From: Clostridia bacterium
GTDB taxonomy: Bacteria > Bacillota > Clostridia > RUG12999
Length of the DNA: 64,000 bases
NCBI GenBank assembly: GCA_045580815.1
Contig: JAZNOL010000048.1
Coordinates: forward strand, 49,357 to 113,356
Direction of reading: 5' to 3'
Below, one piece after another: positions 52,435 to 59,901 of this stretch. The translations under genes were made by a program, and so were the position numbers. The first letter of the stretch is position 1; every line of letters starts with the position of its first letter. The notes under the pieces are model-generated. The model ran no database searches, was not told the origin of the DNA, and saw nothing but the letters and a program-made list of their open reading frames with translations.

Positions 52435-55400
52435 ATGAAGACAAAAAAATTTTTGACGCTGCTGTTGGCGGCTGTGTTTGTTTTGTCTTGTATGACATTT
52501 TCTGTATATGCAGAAGATGCATCGGCAACATCATCTACCACAGCAGTAAAAGACGTATTGCAGGGTAAGTATGATGCTACCGGACTGGTTGGATATGCAA
52601 CCTATAACGTTGGTGAACTTAATACATGGAACGATTATAGTGTTATGCCAAATACAGAGCATAACTATAACCGATACGCAAACAGCAGAACAAATGTTGT
52701 TATCAATGACTGGAATGCATTTGAAGATAACTGGGGAGGTATAAATCCCAATGCATGGGATATAACAGTGAGTCCTGCTCAGGCAATAAGCCAGCGTAAC
52801 TACGGCGGCAAAAACTGGGGTTATATGGGTGTAAGATATTCACCAACTTGGACGGCAAAATACACTAAAAATTCCGATGGTACATATACAGCGGCAGATG
52901 AAGAGACTCTTGCCGAAACATGGGACAAGGTGCCGGATAATAAATGGGGCAACGTATTTGATATAACCGATTATATGGATAACGGTTACATTGTGTTTGA
53001 TGTTGACAATATTACCGGCGATACAAAAAACGCATATTTTGCCTTAGCTTCGGTGCGGTCAAACTGGTGTATTCCTTTTCGTGGCGGCAGTGTTCCGGGC
53101 GAAAATTCAACACTTAATAAAACAGACAATGATAATATTCTTTCCAGTCTGCCTTATGCAGTTGGTGTTTTCGGCGTAAAGCTTGAAGATTACTATGATA
53201 TAGAAAAAGGCGGTGCACAAAAGGTTGCAATTCCGCTTTCTGAATTTACAAAGCAGAACAGCGGCGGTTGCGGTGATGAAAACAGCGTGTTCAGTGAAAT
53301 ATATTTTAAAAACTGGTCTGCTGAATCTTATTATACAGGCGGCGTTGGCGTAACTTTTAAACCCAATTTCTTCAGCGGTGCGGGTATTGCTCGTCAGGAA
53401 TCAGGTGAGGGAAAAGAGTTCAGAGCAGAAATACTGAATATGACAATTGTGTGCCCGGCAGTGCCGTCAAATCTTACGGCGGAAAGAAATGACAGCGGAG
53501 CTGTTGTTATAAACTGGATGGCTACAACCGACACAGATGTTTCATATCAGGTTGTAAGAACATATAAAGATAAATCAGATTATTTTGATGTAGGCACAGA
53601 AACATCCTATACCGACACAACAGGCGTTACAGGCAGAGGGTATACATATTCTGTTGTGGCTGTAGATAACACACACGGTGTAAAATCAAAACAAAGCAAC
53701 TTTGTGACACTTGCAAGCACAGGCGTCAAAGAAATATATGAAGATTTTGCATTGGAGGATATCTGGGAAACAACAAAAAATGACCAGAAGCCCGAATGGG
53801 AAAGCTGGCCCGCACCGAAAGGCGTAGGTCCCTACGGAAGCAGTATAATATACTATTCAAACGACTGGGCGGCTCACGGTGTTAACGGTGTGCTGAACGC
53901 AACAGGCAGACCGAGAACGTATTATATTAACGATATGTATTATAAAGGTACACAGAATGCGTCAATCACATATCGAACACAGGACGAAAACGGCGAAAAT
54001 TATTTTGCAGGCGAAACAGAGCAAATCTGGGGTTTTAACGGTGTTGTATACAGAAATGTAGAAACTGTTCCTACAACAACAAAGGATTTTGCTCTCTTGC
54101 AGACTTCCGGCTATGCAATTTTTGATATTAAACTTGAAGAAGGCTCGCCGGTAGACGATGCATACCTGACAATCAGTTATGTAAATGCAGGTCTGCAACC
54201 CTATATGGGTCCCAGAGAACAGGCGTTTTATTGCTTTATAGGTGTTCCGCTGGCAGATTATTACGACGAAACAAAATCAGGTTATCAGCAGATAGCAGTG
54301 CCGTTGACAGATTTTAATCCTGATGATGAAGATGTTTTCTGCGTAATTTTAGATACCGCAAGCAGACATAATCTCGACCGTTCAAACCTGAATATGAGTG
54401 CTTTCCACGGAATGGGTATTCTCCGTGAAGACAGCCGTGGTCAGGCGGTATATGATATAGATATTTCGGGCGGCATTGCAGATGCCCTTAAAGATACTGC
54501 AAAACCCTTTGCTTATACGGCAAACAGACTTATGCTTGTAAATGTTGAAGAACCGGCTGATGTACAGGTGGAAGTGTCAAAAGATGGCATTACATTAAAT
54601 TGGGAGCCGTCGCCCACAGTTGACGTAACTGATTATCAGGTTTTAAAAGACGGAGTGGTGGTAGCAACAATTACTGATGCCAATACTTTCACGTATACTG
54701 ACACAAGTGCCATGCCTGGATTTACATATACATACGGTGTTCGTGCCGTATCTCCTACATATGAAGGCGTATATTCTGCCGCAGATGAGGTGGAAGCAGG
54801 TATTCCCAACTCGGCGGAAATTAAAATGTTTGCTTTTGCAGACGGAGTGAAATATGAAACAAAATATGCTCAGGACGGTAAAATGGCGGCAGAGTTTTAT
54901 GCAACTCAGCTGGGAACAGGCTATTTTGCGGACTATGGCTCTGACGGAAAATTAAAAAGTGTGGCAGTAGCACCGGTTACAGCCGGCAGCTGGTCAGGGG
55001 TTGAGCTTACGGGTTGTACAAAAACAGATACGGTTAAAGCCTTTTTGTGGGATTTAAATAATCAGCCCCTTATACCAACGGTTAAAACCGAAATAAAAAC
55101 ACCGAAAATTCTTGCAATCGGCAACAGCTATTCACAAAATGCAACAAGTCAGTTGCACCAGATTGCGGCGGCAGACGGTGTTGATATGGATGTAACCAAT
55201 ATGTATATCGGCGGTTGCTCGTTACAGACTCACTGGAATAATATATCGAGTGATATGGGCGCATACGAAGTTTTCACCAACGGTCAGAGAGTTCATTCTT
55301 ACGGGACGCAGGCAAAAATTTCAGAAATGTTAAAATCTGAAGAATGGGATATAGTCACCATTCAGCAGGCAAGCTGGCTTTCGGTTAATTATTCAACTTT

Positions 55401-55866
55401 TGAACCCTATGTGACAAATATTGTAAATTATCTGAATGAAACTGAGCCTAATGCGGAAATTATTTTCCATCAGACATGGGAATATAGCGGCGAACACGGA
55501 AAAACTACCTTTAATGACCCCAATTATAAAGGTGAAGAAATGTGTGCAAGCTCTCTTGCAAACGCAAGAAGTGCCTCGGCAATTATTACAGCAATTTCCG
55601 GTAGTGAAAGAAGAATTATCCCCAGCGGTATGGCTGTAAGAGGTGTGATTGAAACCGATCCTGATTATGTAATCTGGAGTGACGGAACGCATATGAGTGA
55701 TAACGGATGTTATTTGACTGGTCTTGTGTGGTACGGTACACTTCTTGACGGTAATATTGCGGAAAGCAAGTATGTACCGTGGACCGGTGCATCAGCAGAT
55801 GAAATTGCAATGTTCAAACAGTGTGCAATTAACGCAATAAATACATATTCAAAAGTTACAGACTAA
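52435..55866 (+). CDS. Secreted multidomain protein: two copies of (unknown ~300-aa module + FN3), a beta-sandwich domain, and a C-terminal DUF4886/SGNH-hydrolase-like domain
   Basis: Signal peptide MKTKKFLTLLLAAVFVLSCMTFSVYA. FN3-like segments (PSNLTAERNDSGAVVINW...YTYSVVAVDN and VEVSKDGITLNWEPSP...YTYGVRAVSP). Each is preceded by related modules (...GYIVFDVDN...FGVKLEDYYD...QKVAIPLSEF versus ...GYAIFDIKL...IGVPLADYYD...QQIAVPLTDF). The C-terminus KILAIGNSYSQNA...GGCSLQTHW is typical of DUF4886. Confidence 0.75.
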   Translation: MKTKKFLTLLLAAVFVLSCMTFSVYAEDASATSSTTAVKDVLQGKYDATGLVGYATYNVGELNTWNDYSVMPNTEHNYNRYANSRTNVVINDWNAFEDNWGGINPNAWDITVSPAQAISQRNYGGKNWGYMGVRYSPTWTAKYTKNSDGTYTAADEETLAETWDKVPDNKWGNVFDITDYMDNGYIVFDVDNITGDTKNAYFALASVRSNWCIPFRGGSVPGENSTLNKTDNDNILSSLPYAVGVFGVKLEDYYDIEKGGAQKVAIPLSEFTKQNSGGCGDENSVFSEIYFKNWSAESYYTGGVGVTFKPNFFSGAGIARQESGEGKEFRAEILNMTIVCPAVPSNLTAERNDSGAVVINWMATTDTDVSYQVVRTYKDKSDYFDVGTETSYTDTTGVTGRGYTYSVVAVDNTHGVKSKQSNFVTLASTGVKEIYEDFALEDIWETTKNDQKPEWESWPAPKGVGPYGSSIIYYSNDWAAHGVNGVLNATGRPRTYYINDMYYKGTQNASITYRTQDENGENYFAGETEQIWGFNGVVYRNVETVPTTTKDFALLQTSGYAIFDIKLEEGSPVDDAYLTISYVNAGLQPYMGPREQAFYCFIGVPLADYYDETKSGYQQIAVPLTDFNPDDEDVFCVILDTASRHNLDRSNLNMSAFHGMGILREDSRGQAVYDIDISGGIADALKDTAKPFAYTANRLMLVNVEEPADVQVEVSKDGITLNWEPSPTVDVTDYQVLKDGVVVATITDANTFTYTDTSAMPGFTYTYGVRAVSPTYEGVYSAADEVEAGIPNSAEIKMFAFADGVKYETKYAQDGKMAAEFYATQLGTGYFADYGSDGKLKSVAVAPVTAGSWSGVELTGCTKTDTVKAFLWDLNNQPLIPTVKTEIKTPKILAIGNSYSQNATSQLHQIAAADGVDMDVTNMYIGGCSLQTHWNNISSDMGAYEVFTNGQRVHSYGTQAKISEMLKSEEWDIVTIQQASWLSVNYSTFEPYVTNIVNYLNETEPNAEIIFHQTWEYSGEHGKTTFNDPNYKGEEMCASSLANARSASAIITAISGSERRIIPSGMAVRGVIETDPDYVIWSDGTHMSDNGCYLTGLVWYGTLLDGNIAESKYVPWTGASADEIAMFKQCAINAINTYSKVTD

Positions 55867-55873
55867 AATAGAA

Positions 55874-55905
55874 ACAGCCACAACCTTATTGGTTATGGCT
55901 GTTTT
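55874..55905. terminator. Bidirectional terminator between convergent genes
   Basis: ACAGCCACAACC-TTATT-GGTTATGGCTGT-TTT (one mismatch). Confidence 0.7.
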
Positions 55906-55909
55906 ATGT

Positions 55910-56836
55910 CTAAATTAAAGAAAAAATAAAAGGTAAAGTTATGCATGACAGCAAATGCGAAATAACAGCCATGCCTGCCGCTGTTGACGTGTCTTTGCCA
56001 TATGCGCTGGGTATAACAATTGTGTTTAGCCCCAGAGGCATTGCAAGTGAGCAAAGTGCACAGATGAAAACTGTGTTTTCAAAAGGCACAAATTTTGATA
56101 TGCCGATAAATGCAAGGGGAATAATAATCAGCCTGATTATTGAAACCGCATATATTTTTAAATCAGAAAAAGTCTTTCGCACATCTATCTGTGAAACGGT
56201 GATACCTGTAAGAAGCATTGCAATAGGGGACATACAACTTCCCGAAACAGAAACAACCGAGTTTATAAACGATGGTAGCTTTAATCCGGAAAGACCGATA
56301 ATCATGCCTGCAAGCATTGCAATAAACATAGGATTTACAAATGCTTTAAGCCGCTGGCGTATGCTTTGTTTGCCGGAATCAGCAATAAGCAGACAGGGCA
56401 CTGCCCAAAGATAAGTGATAGTCAGCAGAGGTAAGGTAAATATAATATATTCAAAAAATATATCAGGAAACAGCGCACTTACAACAGCATTACCCATAAA
56501 ACCGTAATTTGAAAATATAAGCCCGTATGTATATATGTTTTGTGCATATTTGTCTTTTGCAAAGCATTTTGAAATCAGGGTTGCCGCCGGAATCATAACA
56601 GCAAGAATTATTCCGCTTACAAGAAGAAGTTTCCAGGCGGATGAAATTCGTTCTACTGTAAAATTCTCAATAAAAGTTGAAAGAATAAGTCCCGGTACAA
56701 ACACCATGTTTTCCAGTTTTGCAAGCACTTCGGAAGCGGCTTCGGGGATTATTTTGCACTTTGCAAGAATGTAGCCTATTGCAATCAGCGAAAACAGAAA
56801 CATAGTCTGATTAAGAGTTGATGAAAAAACGTCCAT
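55910..56836 (-). CDS. AEC-family (auxin efflux carrier-like) membrane transporter
   Basis: 308 aa, about 10 TM segments. The N-terminus FLFSLIAIGYILAKCKIIPE is typical of the Mem_trans family. Confidence 0.8.
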   Translation of the reverse strand: MDVFSSTLNQTMFLFSLIAIGYILAKCKIIPEAASEVLAKLENMVFVPGLILSTFIENFTVERISSAWKLLLVSGIILAVMIPAATLISKCFAKDKYAQNIYTYGLIFSNYGFMGNAVVSALFPDIFFEYIIFTLPLLTITYLWAVPCLLIADSGKQSIRQRLKAFVNPMFIAMLAGMIIGLSGLKLPSFINSVVSVSGSCMSPIAMLLTGITVSQIDVRKTFSDLKIYAVSIIRLIIIPLAFIGISKFVPFENTVFICALCSLAMPLGLNTIVIPSAYGKDTSTAAGMAVISHLLSCITLPFIFSLI

Positions 56837-56860
56837 TGAAAATCACCTTGAAACATATTT

Positions 56861-56900
56861 TAAAAATTTGCTGTGGTAACTAAGAGTCACCACAGCAAAT
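56861..56900 (-). terminator. Terminator downstream of tRNA-Arg
   Basis: Stem TTGCTGTGGT (56868-56877) / ACCACAGCAA (56889-56898), with T/A runs on both sides. Confidence 0.65.
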
Positions 56901-56905
56901 TTTTA

Positions 56906-56980
56906 TGGCACCCTCTACGTGAATCGAACACGTAACCAGCCCTTAGGAGGGGCTTATTATATCCATTTAACTAAGAGGGC
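56906..56980 (-). tRNA. tRNA-Arg (anticodon CCT)
   Basis: 75-nt reverse complement GCCCTCTTAGTTAAATGGATATAATAAGCCCCTCCTAAGGGCTGGTTACGTGTTCGATTCACGTAGAGGGTGCCA. Acceptor GCCCTCT/AGAGGGT. Anticodon stem AGCCC/GGGCT with loop CTCCTAA. T arm ACGTG-TTCGATT-CACGT. CCA is encoded. Confidence 0.9.
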
Positions 56981-56999
56981 AAACCAAAGTACACCATAT

Positions 57000-57028
57000 A
57001 TTTTACAACTTTTAAGCCGTTTTGTCAA
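57000..57028 (-). promoter_or_regulatory. Promoter of tRNA-Arg
   Basis: Minus strand: TTGACA (57028-57023), 17-nt spacer, TAAAAT (57005-57000), ~20 nt upstream of the tRNA 5' end. Confidence 0.7.
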
Positions 57029-57067
57029 TAGATATGTGAACAGTTTGAAAATTTTTTCTTAAATTGG

Positions 57068-57096
57068 TTGATTTTACAAAATTTATGTGTTATAAT
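57068..57096 (+). promoter_or_regulatory. Promoter of the DUF5685 / J-like / AI-2E gene cluster
   Basis: TTGATT (57068-57073), 17-nt spacer, TATAAT (57091-57096). Confidence 0.65.
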
Positions 57097-57148
57097 ATGA
57101 TTGGTTGTTTGTGTGGTAATGTGATATAATAAGAAAGGCGAATATGTT

Positions 57149-57982
57149 ATGTTCGGGTATGTCAATATTTTAAAAGACGAGCTTAAAATTAAAGAATATA
57201 ATATGTTTCGTGCTTATTACTGCGGACTATGCAAACGTCACGGAAAGCTGACAGGGCAGATGTCACGTCTGGCACTGAGCTATGATTTTACTGTACTTGC
57301 GGTTTTTTTGGACAGCATTGCAAGTGACAATCCGAAACTTAAAAAAGCACGGTGTATGCTTCATCCAACAGCTAAAAGAAATATCGTTTATGATTCACAT
57401 GTGCTTGATTATTGTGCTTATATGAGTGTGGCACTGACGTATTTTAAAATCAAAGATGATATAGCAGACAAAAGTTTTTCAAAATATACGCCGATGCTTC
57501 CGGTTTTTGCACCGCCCATGAAAAAAATCAGAAAACGGTATGCAAAACAGACAGAAAACATTGAAAATTATCTTAAAGAAATTTCAAAACTTGAATCTGA
57601 AAACTGCCGCAGTATTGACGAGGTTTCATCAAAATTTGGGCATCTTATGGAATGTCTTTTTGATTACGGTAATGAAAACAATGAGGTTTTGAAGTATATG
57701 GGTTATACACTTGGCAGGTGGATTTATATAATAGATGCAATTGATGATTTTGCAAAAGATGAGAAAAAAGGCAGTTATAACCCGTTTTTAAATAAGAAAG
57801 CTATTGAAGAATCTTTGCCATCTTTGTGGTATAATCTTTCAGAAACAGCAAAGGCATATGAGCTTCTTGATATAAAACGAAACAAAGGGCTGACGGACAA
57901 TATTATATATTACGGTCTTAAAGCTGCAACTCACCGTGTTTTAAAAAATGCGGAAATAACAAATCAGAACGGAGAATTTTAA
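57149..57982 (+). CDS. DUF5685-type protein; carries DDxxD and DxxxD Asp-rich motifs resembling squalene/phytoene synthase-fold enzymes
   Basis: The N-terminus MFGYVNILKDELKIKEYNMFRAYYCGLCK is typical of DUF5685 (from memory). TYFKIKDDIADKS (aa 98-110) and LGRWIYIIDAIDDFAKDEKKGSYNPF (aa 188-213) align by eye with the YAFCRxxDDIVD and LGxALQLTNILRDVGEDxRRGRxYLP signatures. Confidence 0.6.
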   Translation: MFGYVNILKDELKIKEYNMFRAYYCGLCKRHGKLTGQMSRLALSYDFTVLAVFLDSIASDNPKLKKARCMLHPTAKRNIVYDSHVLDYCAYMSVALTYFKIKDDIADKSFSKYTPMLPVFAPPMKKIRKRYAKQTENIENYLKEISKLESENCRSIDEVSSKFGHLMECLFDYGNENNEVLKYMGYTLGRWIYIIDAIDDFAKDEKKGSYNPFLNKKAIEESLPSLWYNLSETAKAYELLDIKRNKGLTDNIIYYGLKAATHRVLKNAEITNQNGEF

Positions 57983-57985
57983 CTT

Positions 57986-58645
57986 ATGGATCCTTATGTA
58001 ACACTTGGGGTATCGCGTACAGCATCCCAGGAAGAAATTGACAGAGCATTTAAAACTCTTATGGAAAAATACAGCACAGATAATTATGCAGGCGGTCCGA
58101 TGGAATCTCTTGCAGAGAAAAAACGCAAAGAGCTTGAAGAAGCCTATGACAGCATTATCAAAATGCGAAATGAAGAAAAACAGCGTAACGCATCTCAACA
58201 AAACGCATATAATGCATATAATGGGCACGGCGGTGTGGCCGGGCAAAATGCAGGCGGTACAGCAGGCGGATATACAAAAAGACCCACTTCGCCTGAATAT
58301 GACTATATACGACGTTGCATCGATAGCGGTAATACAATTGAAGCACAGCGACTTTTGCAAGCTGTTACAAAACGTGATGCTGAGTGGTATTATCTGTCCG
58401 GTTGCCTTGCTTTGCGTAACGGTATGTACAATGATGCTTATAATTTTTTCCGTACGGCATCAAATAAAGAGCCGCAGAACGATGAATACCGTGCGGCATA
58501 TATGCGTATGGAACAGCAGGCGGGCGGATATCGCAATTATGGCGGAAATATGCAACAGCAGGATTGCTGTAACTGTTGCAGTAATCTGCTTATTGCGGAC
58601 TGTTGTTGTGTATGTATGGGTGGAGACCTTATTCCTTGTTGCTGA
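57986..58645 (+). CDS. J-like domain protein lacking HPD, with TPR-like middle region and a Cys-rich C-terminal tail
   Basis: DPYVTLGVSRTASQEEIDRAFKTLMEKYSTDNY follows the J-domain helix I-II pattern but has STD in place of HPD. Middle region AEWYYLSGCLALRNGMYNDAYNFFRTASNKEPQNDEYR. The C-terminus DCCNCCSNLLIADCCCVCMGGDLIPCC has 10 Cys in 26 aa. Confidence 0.75.
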   Translation: MDPYVTLGVSRTASQEEIDRAFKTLMEKYSTDNYAGGPMESLAEKKRKELEEAYDSIIKMRNEEKQRNASQQNAYNAYNGHGGVAGQNAGGTAGGYTKRPTSPEYDYIRRCIDSGNTIEAQRLLQAVTKRDAEWYYLSGCLALRNGMYNDAYNFFRTASNKEPQNDEYRAAYMRMEQQAGGYRNYGGNMQQQDCCNCCSNLLIADCCCVCMGGDLIPCC

Positions 58646-58671
58646 TTAATTTAATACGGAGGTTGTTTTAG

Positions 58672-59838
58672 ATGAAGTTTGAGTTTAATAAAAAATATTT
58701 AACAATCGCTGTATATACATTTGCGGTTATTGTGTGTTCAATACTGTTTTATATGTTTATGAAAGGTTTTGCCACAGTTATAAGTTATGTAACGCGTATT
58801 ATAGATATACTTGCTCCGTTTTTTTACGGATTTTGCATAGCTTATATAATTAACCCGATTATGGTAGTTATTGAAAATTTTTTCAGACGAATAGACAAAA
58901 AAGAGAGAATGAAAAAAGCGTACAGAGGAGTCAGTATTCTTCTTGCGTTTTTAACATTGATTGCAGTGTTTGCATTATTTGTGGTAATAGCAGGCCCACA
59001 GATTAGAGATAGCTTGCTTACGCTTTATTTTCGTATTCAAGAATGGACGCCGCAGGTTATCGAAAAGATTGAAAGCTTTGTTACAAACAATGAGTTTGCT
59101 GTTATTCTTGAAGAGCAGCTTAATAAATACACATCAACACTCAGCACCCTTGTTATAAATGCCTCAAAGGTTTCGCTCACATCGGTGTGGGGAAGTGTAC
59201 GAAGCGTTACTACAGTTTTATATAATCTGATTATAGGATTTGTAGTTGCGGTTTATATGCTCTACGGGAAAGAACGGTTTATATATAACATAAAAAAGGT
59301 GATTTTCACATTTTTGAGCAAAAACCATGCATCAATAATAATAAATACCTCTTCCCGTGCAAATAAAATTTTTTCTGATTATATTCAGGGTAAAATTATA
59401 GATTCGGTTATAGTTGGTATTTTGTGTACGCTTGGAATGCTTGTTTTAAGACTTCCGTTTGCGGCACTTATAGGATTGATTGTAGGAATAACAAATATTA
59501 TTCCATATTTTGGTGCATGGGCAGGTGCAGTGCTCGGTGCGTTGTTTATTTTGATAGTAAGTCCAATTCAGGCACTTATTTTTCTTGTTTTTGTGCTTGT
59601 GCTTCAGCAGTTTGATGCAAATATTCTTACACCTAAAATTCTTAGCGACAGCACAGGAATATCGGCTTTTTGGGTTATGTTTGCAATTGTACTGGGTGGG
59701 GGATTTTTCGGTATAGTAGGTATGTTTATCGGTGTGCCTGTATTCGCTCTTATTTACGCAATTGCAGTTAGCTATATTGATGAAAAATATAAAAAGAAAA
59801 CTTCTGTGCCGAAAACAACTGAAGAAACTACAGAATAA
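58672..59838 (+). CDS. AI-2E family transporter (PerM/UPF0118)
   Basis: 388 aa, about 8 TM segments. The conserved C-terminal core ITNIIPYFGAWAGAVLGALFIL...LVLQQFDANILTPKILSDSTGISAFWVMFAI. Confidence 0.85.
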   Translation: MKFEFNKKYLTIAVYTFAVIVCSILFYMFMKGFATVISYVTRIIDILAPFFYGFCIAYIINPIMVVIENFFRRIDKKERMKKAYRGVSILLAFLTLIAVFALFVVIAGPQIRDSLLTLYFRIQEWTPQVIEKIESFVTNNEFAVILEEQLNKYTSTLSTLVINASKVSLTSVWGSVRSVTTVLYNLIIGFVVAVYMLYGKERFIYNIKKVIFTFLSKNHASIIINTSSRANKIFSDYIQGKIIDSVIVGILCTLGMLVLRLPFAALIGLIVGITNIIPYFGAWAGAVLGALFILIVSPIQALIFLVFVLVLQQFDANILTPKILSDSTGISAFWVMFAIVLGGGFFGIVGMFIGVPVFALIYAIAVSYIDEKYKKKTSVPKTTEETTE

Positions 59839-59845
59839 AAAATGA

Positions 59846-59884
59846 AACGGCTGTGACAAAATATTTTGTCATAGCCGTTTTTGT
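59846..59884. terminator. Bidirectional terminator
   Basis: AACGGCTGTGACAAA-ATA-TTTGTCATAGCCGTT-TTT, between convergent genes. Confidence 0.8.
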
Positions 59885-59901
59885 ATTAATGTTAATTGCA
59901 A

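Noticed and set aside
58005-58649. A 214-codon ORF in the +1 frame, completely overlapping the J-like gene on the same strand.
   Set aside because: The 57986 frame carries recognisable J-domain, TPR-like and Cys-tail features and starts 4 nt after the preceding gene. The alternative frame has no motif or RBS and a composition typical of an off-frame read. Its length is a curiosity, not evidence of a second gene.
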